A DNA stretch of 49,930 nt from an uncultured Atribacterota bacterium (GTDB lineage Bacteria > Atribacterota > Phoenicimicrobiia > Phoenicimicrobiales > Stramentimicrobiaceae): NCBI GenBank assembly GCA_964636625.1, contig CAZWUL010000003.1:1-49930 (forward strand), written 5' to 3'. Below are positions 49,883-49,930 of this stretch, piece after piece. The translations under genes were made by a program, and so were the position numbers. Positions within the stretch are counted from its first letter, which is position 1, and each line of letters opens with the position of its first letter. Under the pieces are notes generated by a model, which worked only from the letters and a program-made list of their open reading frames with translations, was not told the DNA's origin and searched no databases.

Positions 49883-49930
49883 AAAATACTAATTAATTTT
49901 TATTAAAAGACAGATTTTGTAACTTATTTA

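Overview
AT-rich chromosomal window from an anaerobic bacterium. The lineage cannot be determined from sequence alone; the gene content is Firmicutes/Atribacterota-like (inference). Almost all genes are on the + strand. 1-20.5 kb is housekeeping: tilS-hpt-ftsH, an Opp/Dpp peptide ABC transporter, tRNA-Arg and argS, rapZ-yvcK-whiA, rpoN-gap-tpiA-secG, a nicotinate phosphoribosyltransferase and tRNA-Leu. 20.6-49 kb is an H2/formate energy region. It holds hypA, a complete 14-gene Pyrococcus-order mbhA-N membrane [NiFe]-hydrogenase with its protease, and rex. It also holds an operon with a candidate Rex operator in which a DRTGG/CBS-kinase/PHP/HATPase module precedes a HydD-HydC-(HydB::GltD fusion)-FdhA formate dehydrogenase complex, a formate channel, mobA and a degenerate fdhD; hypB-hypFCD follow. 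Three intergenic loci carry related elements bounded by inverted arms of degenerate 7-nt repeats (AGTnnnn / ACTnnnn). One contains a possible four-helix-bundle gene remnant; another is nested and leads into a GTAG REP and a truncated RAYT transposase at the window end.
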